A stretch of DNA of 64,000 nucleotides, taken from NCBI GenBank assembly GCA_050260175.1, contig JBLNBS010000053.1, positions 9,815-73,814 on the forward strand. Direction: 5' to 3'. Position numbers and translations under genes: made by a program. The number at the start of each line of letters is the position of its first letter. Position 1 is the first letter of the stretch. The stretch is from Patescibacteria group bacterium. Lineage in GTDB: Bacteria > Bacillota > UBA4882 > JAAYXC01. This document shows, one piece after another, positions 9,172 to 20,312 of the stretch. The notes below the pieces were generated by a model, which did not search any database, was not told the origin of the DNA, and saw only the letters and a program-made list of their open reading frames with translations.

Positions 9172-10032
9172 GTGAACGGCGTGGCATATGAGTTCCGCCC
9201 CCGCGGCGTGGGCGAGATCGTGGACGCCGCCTTTAGAATCTATCGCAATCACTGGTGGACGCTGGTCAAGAGCGTGGGCGTCATCCTCCTTCCGCTCGGT
9301 TTCCTTCAGGCCGGGCTCCAGTCCCTGAGCCAGTACGCCCTCTTCCGCCTCGGCAACATGGGCGGGGACGCCAGTCCCGGCGCGGTCCTGGGCACCCTGG
9401 GCCTGACCCTCTTCGGCCAGGTGCCGGCCCTCCTCTTTGTCCTGGCCAACCTGGCCACCGAGGCCATCGTGACCAAGGAGGCCGCCATGGCCTGCCACGG
9501 CGAGGAGCCCACCCTCAACGCGGCCTGGGCCGCGGTCAAGGAGCGCCTGGGGCAGATCATCGGCGCCGGGCTCCTGTTTCTCATCATGACCGTACTCGGC
9601 TTCTGTTGCTGTTGTATCGGCGCGCCGGTGGTGATGGTCTTTTTCGCCCCCCTGACCGCCCTCATCCTGATCGAACGGGCCGGGGTCGGGCAGGCCATCC
9701 AGCGCAGCTTTAACCTGGTCAAGGCGGAGTTCTGGCGCGTGCTCGGCGTGATGCTCGTGCTCTTTCTGATCCTGGGCGTGGTGGGCGCGGCCCTCTGGCT
9801 CGTGGTCGGATTCGCGCTGGGTATGAGCGCCGGCAGGGATCTGCTCCGATTCATCTCGGCCATGAGCGGGGCGAATCCCCTGGTATATTTCCTCATCTCG
9901 TTTTTCACCACCATCTACAGTATCGTTCTAGCCCCGCTCTATCCCATCGGGCGGACGCTCATCTACTACGATCTGCGCGTGCGATTGGAGGGTTACGACC
10001 TCGAGCAAGCTACCGTCGGTACGGAATCCTGA
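9172..10032 (+). CDS. Polytopic membrane protein, paralog 2 of the preceding gene
   Basis: N-terminus EIVDAAFRIYRNHWW parallels GDLLDAAFRGYRRFW of the previous gene. Both end in a YYxxDL...EG motif. Confidence 0.6.
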   Translation: MNGVAYEFRPRGVGEIVDAAFRIYRNHWWTLVKSVGVILLPLGFLQAGLQSLSQYALFRLGNMGGDASPGAVLGTLGLTLFGQVPALLFVLANLATEAIVTKEAAMACHGEEPTLNAAWAAVKERLGQIIGAGLLFLIMTVLGFCCCCIGAPVVMVFFAPLTALILIERAGVGQAIQRSFNLVKAEFWRVLGVMLVLFLILGVVGAALWLVVGFALGMSAGRDLLRFISAMSGANPLVYFLISFFTTIYSIVLAPLYPIGRTLIYYDLRVRLEGYDLEQATVGTES

Positions 10033-10053
10033 TTCTGGGAGCTGTTTGCATAC

Positions 10054-11028
10054 TTGTACAGGGTCATGACGTTCATGGCCGCCCTTGCCCTGCTTTGGTG
10101 CCTCGGCGCCAGGCCGGCCGCGGCCGGCGACCGCGCCGCCGACTACCGGGCGTGGCTGGCCAGGGAGGAGCGGTTCGTCAGGCGGGCCGCGGACGCCTGC
10201 CGGCGGACGGGGGGCGCCTCCCTGGGGCCCCTGCGTCGGGCCGCGGCACTGGCCGCCTCGCCCGGGCCGGGGTTGTCACCCGAGGACACGGCCTGGCTCG
10301 CCAGGGACTGCGCCCGCATCCTGGAGGCCAAGCCGGCCGCGCGCCAAGGCATGCTCGCCGGCCTCATGGCCAGGATCGGGGCGTACCGGCGAGCCACGCT
10401 GATCCCGCCCCCGGGCGTCGATCCCGAGCGGGCACGGGCGGAACTGCGCCGCGTCTTTTCGCGGCCGGAGTTTGCCTGGCGCGTCCAGCGCCAGCCGTGG
10501 TGGCGCAAGCTGTGGCTGCGGATCATGGACCTGTTCAGGCGGTGGCTCAACGCCGTGTTCTCGGCTCCGGCGACCGGCAGGATCGTGGTGGCCGTGGCCG
10601 CCGTGGGCGCCGTGCTCCTTTTGGCCCTCGTTTTCCTCGCCATCCGGGGGCGGCCGCGCGGCACGGCCGAGACCGGCGCGGGGACGGACGCCGCGTCGCA
10701 GGCCGGCGGCCGGGGGGGGCGTAGGGAGGATCTGCGCCGCCGGGCCGAGGAGGCGGCCCGGGACGGGCGGTTCCGCGAGGCGGTGCGCCTGCTCTACGTG
10801 GCGCTCCTGCAGGAGCTGGACCGGATGGGCCTGATCAAGCTCGCCAAGGCCAAGACGAACTGGGACTACCGCCGCGAGATCGAGGCGGGCCACCGGCGGC
10901 TCTCCCCCGTCTTCCGGAGTTTTACGGATCTATACGAGCTCAAGTGGTACGGCCAGGACGACTGCCGGGCCGGCGACTACGAGCGCGCGCGCACACTCTT
11001 TGACGAGGCGAGGGGGGCGGCGCGGTGA
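10054..11028 (+). CDS. DUF4129 domain protein (transglutaminase-associated domain), N-terminal signal/TM
   Basis: The C-terminal region LLYVALLQELDRMGLIKLAKAKTNWDYRREIE...FTDLYELKWYG resembles DUF4129. The tool gives a TTG start. Confidence 0.65.
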   Translation: MYRVMTFMAALALLWCLGARPAAAGDRAADYRAWLAREERFVRRAADACRRTGGASLGPLRRAAALAASPGPGLSPEDTAWLARDCARILEAKPAARQGMLAGLMARIGAYRRATLIPPPGVDPERARAELRRVFSRPEFAWRVQRQPWWRKLWLRIMDLFRRWLNAVFSAPATGRIVVAVAAVGAVLLLALVFLAIRGRPRGTAETGAGTDAASQAGGRGGRREDLRRRAEEAARDGRFREAVRLLYVALLQELDRMGLIKLAKAKTNWDYRREIEAGHRRLSPVFRSFTDLYELKWYGQDDCRAGDYERARTLFDEARGAAR

Positions 11029-12191
11029 GCCGCAGGGGCGCGCTCTGGCTGATCCTCGTGGCCGTGCTGGCTATCGCCGCTTACGTGGCGCTCGCGCTGG
11101 GAACCAACCGCCGGAAGCCGGCCGCTCATTCCACCTACACCGCCGCGCCCAATGGCTGCAAGGCGGCCTACCTCTTCCTCGGCCACAGCGGGTTGCGGGT
11201 CAAAAGAAAAACGACCGCCTGGACAGAGCCGCCGCCCGCCGGGGGGCTCCTCGTGGTCACGGAACCCACGCGTGGTGTGACCTCGCGGGAAAGAATCGCC
11301 CTGCGCCGGTGGGTATTGAGCGGCGGCACAGTGCTAATCGCCGGCGCCAATCCCTGGGGCCTCTGGTCCGTGGGGGGCAAACCCGCCATCGGCGCCTCGA
11401 CGGTCGAGCCGTTCCGCCCCCTCGTACCGTGCGGCCTGACCGCGGGCGTGGAGCGCTTTCACATGGCCGCGCCGCTGCGCCGCGTGGGACCCTTCCGCGG
11501 CCTTACGCCGCCCGTGGCTTTGGCGGAGGACAGGTTCGGGGCCGCGCTCGTCCTGGCCGCATACGGACGGGGCCGGGTCGTCCTGGCGGCGGATCCCGCC
11601 TTCCTGACCAACGAGCGGCTGAAACTCCACCCGGATCACGCGCTCTTCCTGCTCAACCTGGCCAAGTCCAGCGGGGGAGGGCGGGTGGAATTCGACGAGT
11701 ACCACCTCGGTTTCGGCCGGGCGGCAAAAGCCGACGCGGCGCCGGCCGGCCTGCCGCCCATCATTTCGGCTGTCTGGTGGCAGCTGCTCCTCCTCGCGGC
11801 GGCCTATTTTTACATGACAGGCAGGCGGTTCGGCCGCCCGCTCGCCCTGCCGGAGACCGGGGGTCGCACGATCGCGGAGTACGTCAACTCCCTGGCCAAC
11901 CTCTACCTGCGCGTCCAGGCGGGCACGGCGGCCCTGGACCACCTCTACCACGGGCTCCTGGAGCGCCTCTACCTCCTGACCGGCCTCTCCGCGAGAACAG
12001 CCCCGGAGATCCTGGCCGGAGCGGCCGCGGCGCGCCTGGGCGCGGACGCGGAGGACCTGCGGGGGCTCCTCGCGCGGTGCCGGGCGGCCCTGGCCCGGGA
12101 ACGGATCGCCCCCGCCGAGCTCGCAGCCCTGGCAAAGCGCATCGACCACTACCGGAAGGAGCTTGAGAGATGGGTTACGTTGCCGAGCTAG
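11025..12191 (+). CDS. DUF4350 domain protein (N-terminal TM anchor)
   Basis: 4-nt ATGA overlap with the upstream gene. Characteristic position in MoxR/DUF58 clusters. Confidence 0.65.
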   Translation: MSRRGALWLILVAVLAIAAYVALALGTNRRKPAAHSTYTAAPNGCKAAYLFLGHSGLRVKRKTTAWTEPPPAGGLLVVTEPTRGVTSRERIALRRWVLSGGTVLIAGANPWGLWSVGGKPAIGASTVEPFRPLVPCGLTAGVERFHMAAPLRRVGPFRGLTPPVALAEDRFGAALVLAAYGRGRVVLAADPAFLTNERLKLHPDHALFLLNLAKSSGGGRVEFDEYHLGFGRAAKADAAPAGLPPIISAVWWQLLLLAAAYFYMTGRRFGRPLALPETGGRTIAEYVNSLANLYLRVQAGTAALDHLYHGLLERLYLLTGLSARTAPEILAGAAAARLGADAEDLRGLLARCRAALARERIAPAELAALAKRIDHYRKELERWVTLPS

Positions 12192-13120
12192 CCGCGGGTG
12201 TCCGCGCTGAGATGGCCAAGGTGATCGTGGGCCAGGACGAGGCGGTCGAGAGCCTCCTGATCGGCCTCCTGGCCGAGGGCCACCTCCTGCTGGAAGGCGT
12301 GCCCGGGGTGGCCAAGACGCTGATGGTCAAGGCCCTGGCCGGGATCGTCGGGGCGGATTTCAAGCGGGTGCAGTTCACGCCGGACCTGATGCCCGCCGAC
12401 GTCATCGGCACCAATATCTTCGACCTGCACGCCGGGGAGTTCCGCCTGCGCAAGGGGCCGATCTTTACCGACCTGTTGTTGGCGGACGAGATCAACCGGA
12501 CCCCGCCCAAGACCCAGGCGGCGCTCCTCGAGGCCATGGAGGAGCGGCAGGTGACCATCGACGGCGAACTGCATCCCCTGGGCGACCTTTTTACCGTCAT
12601 CGCCACGCAGAACCCCGTGGAGTACGAGGGCACCTATCCCCTGCCCGAGGCGGAGCTGGACCGGTTCATGTTCAAGGTGCTGATCCAATATCCCGGCGTG
12701 GAGGAGGAGGAAGACCTGCTCCGCCGCCACCAGCGCGGTTTTAGGCCCCGCGATCTCGCCACGGCGGGACTTGCGCGGATCGCGGATCGCGAGGCGATCG
12801 CTCGTTGCCGCGCGGAACTGCGCGCGGTGGTGGTGGAGGACGGCATCATCGGCTACCTCAACCAGATCGTGCGCACGACGCGGGCCTGGCCCCACGTAGC
12901 CCTCGGCGGCAGCCCTAGGGCCGCCGTCAACCTGCTCCTGGCGGCCAAGGGGGCGGCGGCCGTGGCCGGGCGGCAGTTCGTCGTCCCCGACGACGTGCAG
13001 CGCATGGCCTATCCCGTCCTGCGCCACCGGCTCATCCTGCGGCCCGAGGCCGAGATCGAGGGCCTGCGCGCGGACGACGCGATCAAGAGCATCATCGCAG
13101 AGATCAAAGTGCCGAGGTGA
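12170..13120 (+). CDS. MoxR-family AAA+ ATPase
   Basis: [33 protein letters not shown] (Walker A). Sensor and arginine regions are conserved. RBS AAGGAG. Confidence 0.9.
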   Translation: MGYVAELAAGVRAEMAKVIVGQDEAVESLLIGLLAEGHLLLEGVPGVAKTLMVKALAGIVGADFKRVQFTPDLMPADVIGTNIFDLHAGEFRLRKGPIFTDLLLADEINRTPPKTQAALLEAMEERQVTIDGELHPLGDLFTVIATQNPVEYEGTYPLPEAELDRFMFKVLIQYPGVEEEEDLLRRHQRGFRPRDLATAGLARIADREAIARCRAELRAVVVEDGIIGYLNQIVRTTRAWPHVALGGSPRAAVNLLLAAKGAAAVAGRQFVVPDDVQRMAYPVLRHRLILRPEAEIEGLRADDAIKSIIAEIKVPR

Positions 13121-14508
13121 CGGTCATGCCACCCCTGGCCCTGATCCTCGCCCCGGTCATCCTGGGCCTTGTCCTGCGCTCCCTTTTTACCTGGCGTTTC
13201 TTGGCCCTGGCCGGCCTGGGAGTGCCCTTTATCCTGCTCGGGGCCCGCGCGGGCCAGCCCCCCACCGCCCTGCTCCTGGCCTACGACGGCCTGCTCTTCT
13301 GCGCCTGCCTCCTGGATTATTTCCTCACTCCCCGGCCGCGCCGGTTCACCCTCACGCGCCGCGTGGACGGGGTGCTCTCGCTCGGCGAGCCCAACCGGGT
13401 GGCGGTGGAGGTGGAGTACCGCGCCGGCGCGCGCTCAGGATACCGGACCCGCCTCCTGGTCCGGGACGAGCCGCCGCCGGAGTTCGAGGCCGGGGACGGG
13501 GGCACGATGACGGCCGTGCTCGCCCCGGGCCGGACGGCGCTCCTCTCCTACACGGTGCGGCCGCCGCGGCGTGGGCTGCACCATTTCGGCCGCCTGCACC
13601 TGCGCTACCGCGGGCGGCTGGGCCTCATCGTCCGCCAGGCCCGCTACGAGGCGGCGGCCGCGGTCAAGGTCTACCCCGACGTGCTCATGGTGAAAAAGTT
13701 CGAGCTTTTGGCCCGGGCCGGCCGCCTGACCGCCATGGGCTTGAGAGCTGCCAGGCTGCGCGGCACGGGCACGAATTTCGAGAGCGTGCGGGAGTACGTG
13801 CCGGGCGACGAATACCGCTGGATCAACTGGAAGGCCACGGCCCGGCGCGGCCGGCCGCAGACCAACGAGTACCAGCTCGAGCAGGTGCAGAACGTCTTTC
13901 TGCTCTTTGACACCGGCAGGATGATGGTCACCCGGGCGCGCGGCATGGCCAGGCTGGACCACGCCATCAACGCCGGCCTCATGCTGGCCTACGTGGCGGC
14001 TGGCAAGGGCGACCGCGTGGGGGCCATGGCATTCGGCGAGGAGATCCTGGGCTACCTGGCGCCCGGCAAGGGCCGCGGCCAGGTGGCGCGCCTCACGGAG
14101 TTCCTCTACCCCCTGCAGGCGGAGATGGTCGAGTCCGACTACGCCAGGGCCTTCGCCCATTTTGCGGCCAAGAACCACAAGCGGGGCCTGGTCTGCGTCT
14201 TTACCGACCTCATCGACGAGGAGGTCTCAGGCCTGCTCCTGGCCCACATGGCCGCCCTGGCGCCGCGCCACATCCCCCTCTGCGTGGCGCTGCGCGACCC
14301 ATTGCTGGACGAGGCGGCGCGGGAGGAGATCGCCGAGGCCCGCACCATCTACACCAAGGCCGTGGCCGAGCAGGTCCTGGCCGACCGGGCACGGGCCAGG
14401 CGTTTTCTCGAGCGCCGCGGCGTGCTGGTCGTGGACGTGCCGCCCGAGGAGATGAGCGTGGCGGTGGTCAACAGGTATTTGGAGTTGAAGGAGCGGGGGA
14501 GGATCTAG
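13117..14508 (+). CDS. DUF58 protein (vWA-like partner of MoxR). Start GTG 13117 or ATG 13126.
   Basis: [42 protein letters not shown] is the DUF58 core. The 4-nt overlap with the MoxR gene indicates coupling. Confidence 0.85.
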   Translation: MTVMPPLALILAPVILGLVLRSLFTWRFLALAGLGVPFILLGARAGQPPTALLLAYDGLLFCACLLDYFLTPRPRRFTLTRRVDGVLSLGEPNRVAVEVEYRAGARSGYRTRLLVRDEPPPEFEAGDGGTMTAVLAPGRTALLSYTVRPPRRGLHHFGRLHLRYRGRLGLIVRQARYEAAAAVKVYPDVLMVKKFELLARAGRLTAMGLRAARLRGTGTNFESVREYVPGDEYRWINWKATARRGRPQTNEYQLEQVQNVFLLFDTGRMMVTRARGMARLDHAINAGLMLAYVAAGKGDRVGAMAFGEEILGYLAPGKGRGQVARLTEFLYPLQAEMVESDYARAFAHFAAKNHKRGLVCVFTDLIDEEVSGLLLAHMAALAPRHIPLCVALRDPLLDEAAREEIAEARTIYTKAVAEQVLADRARARRFLERRGVLVVDVPPEEMSVAVVNRYLELKERGRI

Positions 14509-14547
14509 GGCCGGGGGGACGGGGTGAAGGGGTGACTAGGTGAAGGG

Positions 14548-14596
14548 GTGAGAGAACCGAGCCGGCGGCGGCCTATAGACCGCCGCTATTCTCACC
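14548..14596. terminator. Bidirectional stem-loop between the convergent DUF58 and amidohydrolase genes
   Basis: GTGAGAGAA ... GCGGCGG CCTATAGA CCGCCGC ... TTCTCAC. Three copies of GAAGGGGTGA occur within 14520-14720. Confidence 0.4.
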
Positions 14597-14732
14597 AAGG
14601 ACCTTGAACGGCCCTAGGATCGGATGGCCGGCCCACCCAGGGATGGGTTTAGTGAGATTAGCCCCGAGTTTACTCCGGGGTGGAGGGCATTGGAGTTTTC
14701 GAGACGCTCCTGCCGGAAGGGGTGATAAGAGT

Positions 14733-15542
14733 TCACCCCGGCATGACCGAAAGCGCTCTCCCCAACATCCGCCCCGCGTTCCCCGCCAGGATCGCCTCCT
14801 CATCCGCCGCCGCCAATCCCAGCCCACGGATCTGCGCCACGGCCTCCCCCTGGTCCCCCCACGGCGAGTCGCTACCAAAGAGGATGCGGTCCGTCCCGTG
14901 AGCCAGGATGATCTCCCGCATGTCCTCGGCGCCGAGCTTGTGAAAGCAGTATGAGGTGTCGAGGTAAAGCGGCCGGCCGACGAGATGCTCCCGGGCTTCT
15001 TTCCAAAGGAGGTACCCGCCCAGGTGCGCGGCGATGAAGCGGCCGCCGGGGAAGGCGTCGATGGCGCGGCGCAGCCTGGCGGGCGTGCAGTGGCACGGCT
15101 CGGGGAGCCCCAGGTCCACGCCGGCGTGGAAGAGGATGGCAAGCCCCGCCTCGCACAGGGCCTCGTAGAGCGGGAAGACGGCCGGGTCGTCGACGAAGAA
15201 ATCCTGGTAGTCCGGGTGGAACTTGACGCCGAGGAGGCCCAGGTCTTTGAGGCGCGCGATCTCGCCGCGCCAATCCGGGGTGGCGGGGTGGATGCTGCCA
15301 AAGGCCAGGATCCTCGCCGAGCGGATGGACACGGCCCAGCCGTTGACGCTCCTCTCCTGGCCCGGCCGGGTGGCGATGGGCTGGACGACCGCGATGTCGA
15401 TCCCGGCCCTGTCCATGGACGCCGCCAGGGCGCCCAGGGTGCCGTCGAGCGCGGTCCCGATCCCCGCCCTTGCCGCCATGGCGGGCACCGCCCGCCGGGC
15501 GAGGTCGTCCGGGAAACAATGGACGTGGAAATCGAGGATCAA
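14733..15542 (-). CDS. Amidohydrolase-2 family metal-dependent hydrolase (TIM barrel); proposed TTG start
   Basis: AAAGGAG then 8 nt then TTG gives MILDFHVHCF, a canonical Amidohydro_2 N-terminus. The tool's upstream extension to 15728 is probably 5' leader. Confidence 0.7.
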   Translation of the reverse strand: MILDFHVHCFPDDLARRAVPAMAARAGIGTALDGTLGALAASMDRAGIDIAVVQPIATRPGQERSVNGWAVSIRSARILAFGSIHPATPDWRGEIARLKDLGLLGVKFHPDYQDFFVDDPAVFPLYEALCEAGLAILFHAGVDLGLPEPCHCTPARLRRAIDAFPGGRFIAAHLGGYLLWKEAREHLVGRPLYLDTSYCFHKLGAEDMREIILAHGTDRILFGSDSPWGDQGEAVAQIRGLGLAAADEEAILAGNAGRMLGRALSVMPG

Positions 15543-15922
15543 AGCTAGTACTCCTTTAGATCTGGCATTGGCGGGTACAATTCCACGCCGGATTGAGGAT
15601 ATCCTGCGTTGAATGATCCTGGTCGTTCCCCCTATCCCCGTGCGATCCGCTAAATTGTCCTGACGGAGGAGGGGTGCAATATATTGCGCCACTACACAGG
15701 ACCGATAGGTCGAAAACCTTTTCACCATTGGATCCTTGATCGGCTTTTAAGTCAACCGGTCTAGGCTTCATCGACCAACCCTTGCTCCCCCCGGGAGATA
15801 GAGGGCCTCTTCTTCGACCATCCCCAAGATCGGCGTGAACGTTTAGCCTCTCCGCCTCCCGATCCCCCGCCCGCTGCGCATACTACCTTTGCGAATCGAG
15901 ATCAAAAAGGAAGCGAAACGCC

Positions 15923-18001
<2,079 letters not shown>

Positions 18002-18157
18002 CCGGCTGCGATCTGGAAAAGCTTTGGGATCCTCCGTGAACCGACCTAACCCGGCATCCGTTACCATATGACCAGGGGATGCTCGCACGCGGCATAGCCG
18101 GGCGCGAACGGGCGGAGACTAGATGCGTCACGCGGCAGATGAAAGGAGGCAGGCAAA

Positions 18158-18340
18158 ATGGTGGATGTCAACCAGGTTCGCCAGGTCCTGACGCAGATCA
18201 ACCAGCTCTGCAACCAGATGTCCCAGTCGGAGCAGCAGAACGCCCAGATCCTGCAGCAAATCAGCCAGAAGGAAGCCCAGGCCCAGCAACAGCTGAACCA
18301 GTTGCAGCAGGTTACGAGCCAAATCCTCCAGCAGCTATAA
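18158..18340 (+). CDS. Small Gln-rich coiled-coil protein (60 aa)
   Basis: RBS AAAGGAGG 8 nt upstream of the ATG. 40% Gln. Local GC is lower than the flanks. Confidence 0.5.
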   Translation: MVDVNQVRQVLTQINQLCNQMSQSEQQNAQILQQISQKEAQAQQQLNQLQQVTSQILQQL

Positions 18341-18377
18341 AAACAACATGTGGGTCATACCGGTCTTTCGCAGGGGC

Positions 18378-18399
18378 GAGGCGAGGCATGCCTCGCCTC
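18378..18399. terminator. Perfect palindrome hairpin GAGGCGAGGC AT GCCTCGCCTC between convergent genes
   Basis: 10-bp stem with a 2-nt loop, no U-tract. Confidence 0.4.
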
Positions 18400-18476
18400 T
18401 GGGAATGAACCGGGGGATGCATATGCAACCATCACCAATGGGCCATACCCATCCCGCATGCGGTTCGGGAAAAGGA

Positions 18477-19043
18477 TCAACCGTCGCCCCTGGCCGGATC
18501 GGCCGCCCCGGCCAGGCCGGCGACGACCTGCGCCAGACCGAAGAGGGCAAGGCCGATCGCCGCGGCACGCAAAGCTGCCTTTAATACCATCATGATGGCG
18601 AGGGCATTCATCAACGTCCGCGGTGGCGATAGGGAAACCGCGGGAACTGTAGACATCCATATCCAGTCCGGGTGGGTGAAGAAGAACACGAGGTTCCAAA
18701 GGCCGATGACCAGACCTATGACCCCACCCCAAACGAGTTGCGGGGTGGCGGCGCTGTCGCCGGCTTTTGGCAATAATCGCTTGACCAGGAGAAGAATGAC
18801 GCCGAGCGCGCCATAGAGGACCGCTTTCATGACATCGGTCCAGAGGGAGGCTCCCGCGGACAGGATTAGATACCCGACCGGCTCGGGGCCCGGCACCCTC
18901 CGCGAGCTCTGCAGGATTTGCGCCCATCCCTCGACGAGGCCTGAGAGGATGCCTACAACGAGATAAGCGAGGCCGCATAAGACGAGCCATTTTTCCAGGC
19001 GCAGCCGGAAGATCAGGGGGGTCCGCCCGGCCATGGTCACCAC
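18477..19043 (-). CDS. Hypothetical membrane protein (about 5 TM helices). Start ATG 19034 or GTG 19043.
   Basis: Immediately follows, and is translationally coupled to, the zinc-ribbon gene. GC is about 60%. Confidence 0.5.
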   Translation of the reverse strand: MVTMAGRTPLIFRLRLEKWLVLCGLAYLVVGILSGLVEGWAQILQSSRRVPGPEPVGYLILSAGASLWTDVMKAVLYGALGVILLLVKRLLPKAGDSAATPQLVWGGVIGLVIGLWNLVFFFTHPDWIWMSTVPAVSLSPPRTLMNALAIMMVLKAALRAAAIGLALFGLAQVVAGLAGAADPARGDG

Positions 19044-19045
19044 CC

Positions 19046-19405
19046 CTACTTCGCCAGCTTTTTTAGCAAGCCGATGATCTCACCCACCCCGTAATAAAGC
19101 AGGCCCCACATGATCGCGGACAGGATGCCCGCGGCCCAGGTGTAGATCATCGTCCCGGGAGGTTGACCTTGCATGGTCCGCAGAAGGCCCGCGCCGTTTT
19201 TGCCGGCGATGACCGCCAGCGACTCCACGATGACGTAGACCACGGACCCGAGCTTCAGCCATCTCTCGACCGGCAGAGCCAGCAGGGTCTGCCGCCATCC
19301 CGCGCGCGGCCCGGCGGTGGGAAGCACCTCGACCAGGTCTGTGTCGCAGGAGGAGCAGCGCGTGCAGCCCTCCGCGTATTCCGCGCGGCAGCGGGGACAA
19401 TACAT
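19046..19405 (-). CDS. Zinc-ribbon domain protein with a C-terminal TM helix
   Basis: CPRCRAEY...CTRCSSC N-terminus and a hydrophobic C-terminus. Confidence 0.55.
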   Translation of the reverse strand: MYCPRCRAEYAEGCTRCSSCDTDLVEVLPTAGPRAGWRQTLLALPVERWLKLGSVVYVIVESLAVIAGKNGAGLLRTMQGQPPGTMIYTWAAGILSAIMWGLLYYGVGEIIGLLKKLAK

Positions 19406-19426
19406 GACGACACCCCCTCGGTATGA

Positions 19427-20212
19427 CTACTTCAAAGCTCTCAACCGCTTCGCGATGATCCCCCTGATCTTTTCGTACGAGGGCGGCGGGCCGGTGCGCA
19501 CGGGGCGCCCGTCCACGTAGAGCCCGTCCGCGATCCCCCACTCCGCAAAGACCGCCGGGTCCGAGGTGCGGTAGGCCTGGAACCTCACCCTCTCCCCCAG
19601 TTCCGCCGCGGCCCTGCGCGCCCGCTCGAAGACCATGTTCTGCGCCGGGCACCAGCCGTTGATGAAGGCCGAGACGGTGACCACCCCGGGCTCGGCGGCA
19701 GGCTTCTTTCTCCGTTTTACCCACTTCGGCTGCGCGGCTCCTTGGACAAAGGGCTTCCAGAGCAGTACGGCCATGCCGTCCCTGTCCGCCACGGCGTATC
19801 CGTGCCGCCTGAACCAGGAGGCCCGCATGAAAACGGGCAGCGCCAACCCCCAGGCGGCCATGCCCTCGGCGCCGAGCGCTCTGGCGTCCTCCTCCGCGGC
19901 ATGCAGGAGCGCCCCGCCCATGCCCCTGCCCCGGAAATCGCCCCTACCCTGCTTGTGGCCGTGCACCCAGATGCAGGGGATGAAATAGAGACCCCTGCCT
20001 GACACGTGCGTTTGCTCGATGGGGAGGTACTGGATCATGCCGCCGATCTCGCCTTTGTCGTCGCGTGCCAGCTTGACCCTGAGCCCCCGCCCCTTGTGCT
20101 CGTTGTACCAGGCCTCCTTGTGGCCGCCCGCCTCCCTGATCTCTTCGGACCAATCCTCCAGGCAGACAAAGTAAAGGGATTCGTGCCCGGGAGCGAGATC
20201 GATGATCTCCAC
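19427..20212 (-). CDS. GNAT-family acetyltransferase fused to a C-terminal thioredoxin-like domain
   Basis: GTG start with GAAGGGAGG 8 nt upstream. GNAT core (GRGLRVKLA...QGRGDFRGRGMGGALL). C-terminal WCPAQ thioredoxin-fold-like region. Confidence 0.7.
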   Translation of the reverse strand: MEIIDLAPGHESLYFVCLEDWSEEIREAGGHKEAWYNEHKGRGLRVKLARDDKGEIGGMIQYLPIEQTHVSGRGLYFIPCIWVHGHKQGRGDFRGRGMGGALLHAAEEDARALGAEGMAAWGLALPVFMRASWFRRHGYAVADRDGMAVLLWKPFVQGAAQPKWVKRRKKPAAEPGVVTVSAFINGWCPAQNMVFERARRAAAELGERVRFQAYRTSDPAVFAEWGIADGLYVDGRPVRTGPPPSYEKIRGIIAKRLRALK

Positions 20213-20312
20213 GGTTGGATCCTCCCTTCAGGTAAAAGGGATGTCGCTTGCAGGACGTCTTCCAGGGCGGGCGTAATGTATTGGGCCCCTACACGGGACC
20301 GGCTAAACGTGA

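Noticed and set aside
14733-15728. Tool-extended N-terminus (first 62 aa) of the amidohydrolase
   Set aside because: An AAAGGAG RBS and a TTG start giving the canonical MILDFHVH N-terminus lie internal. The extension covers the conserved leader motif.
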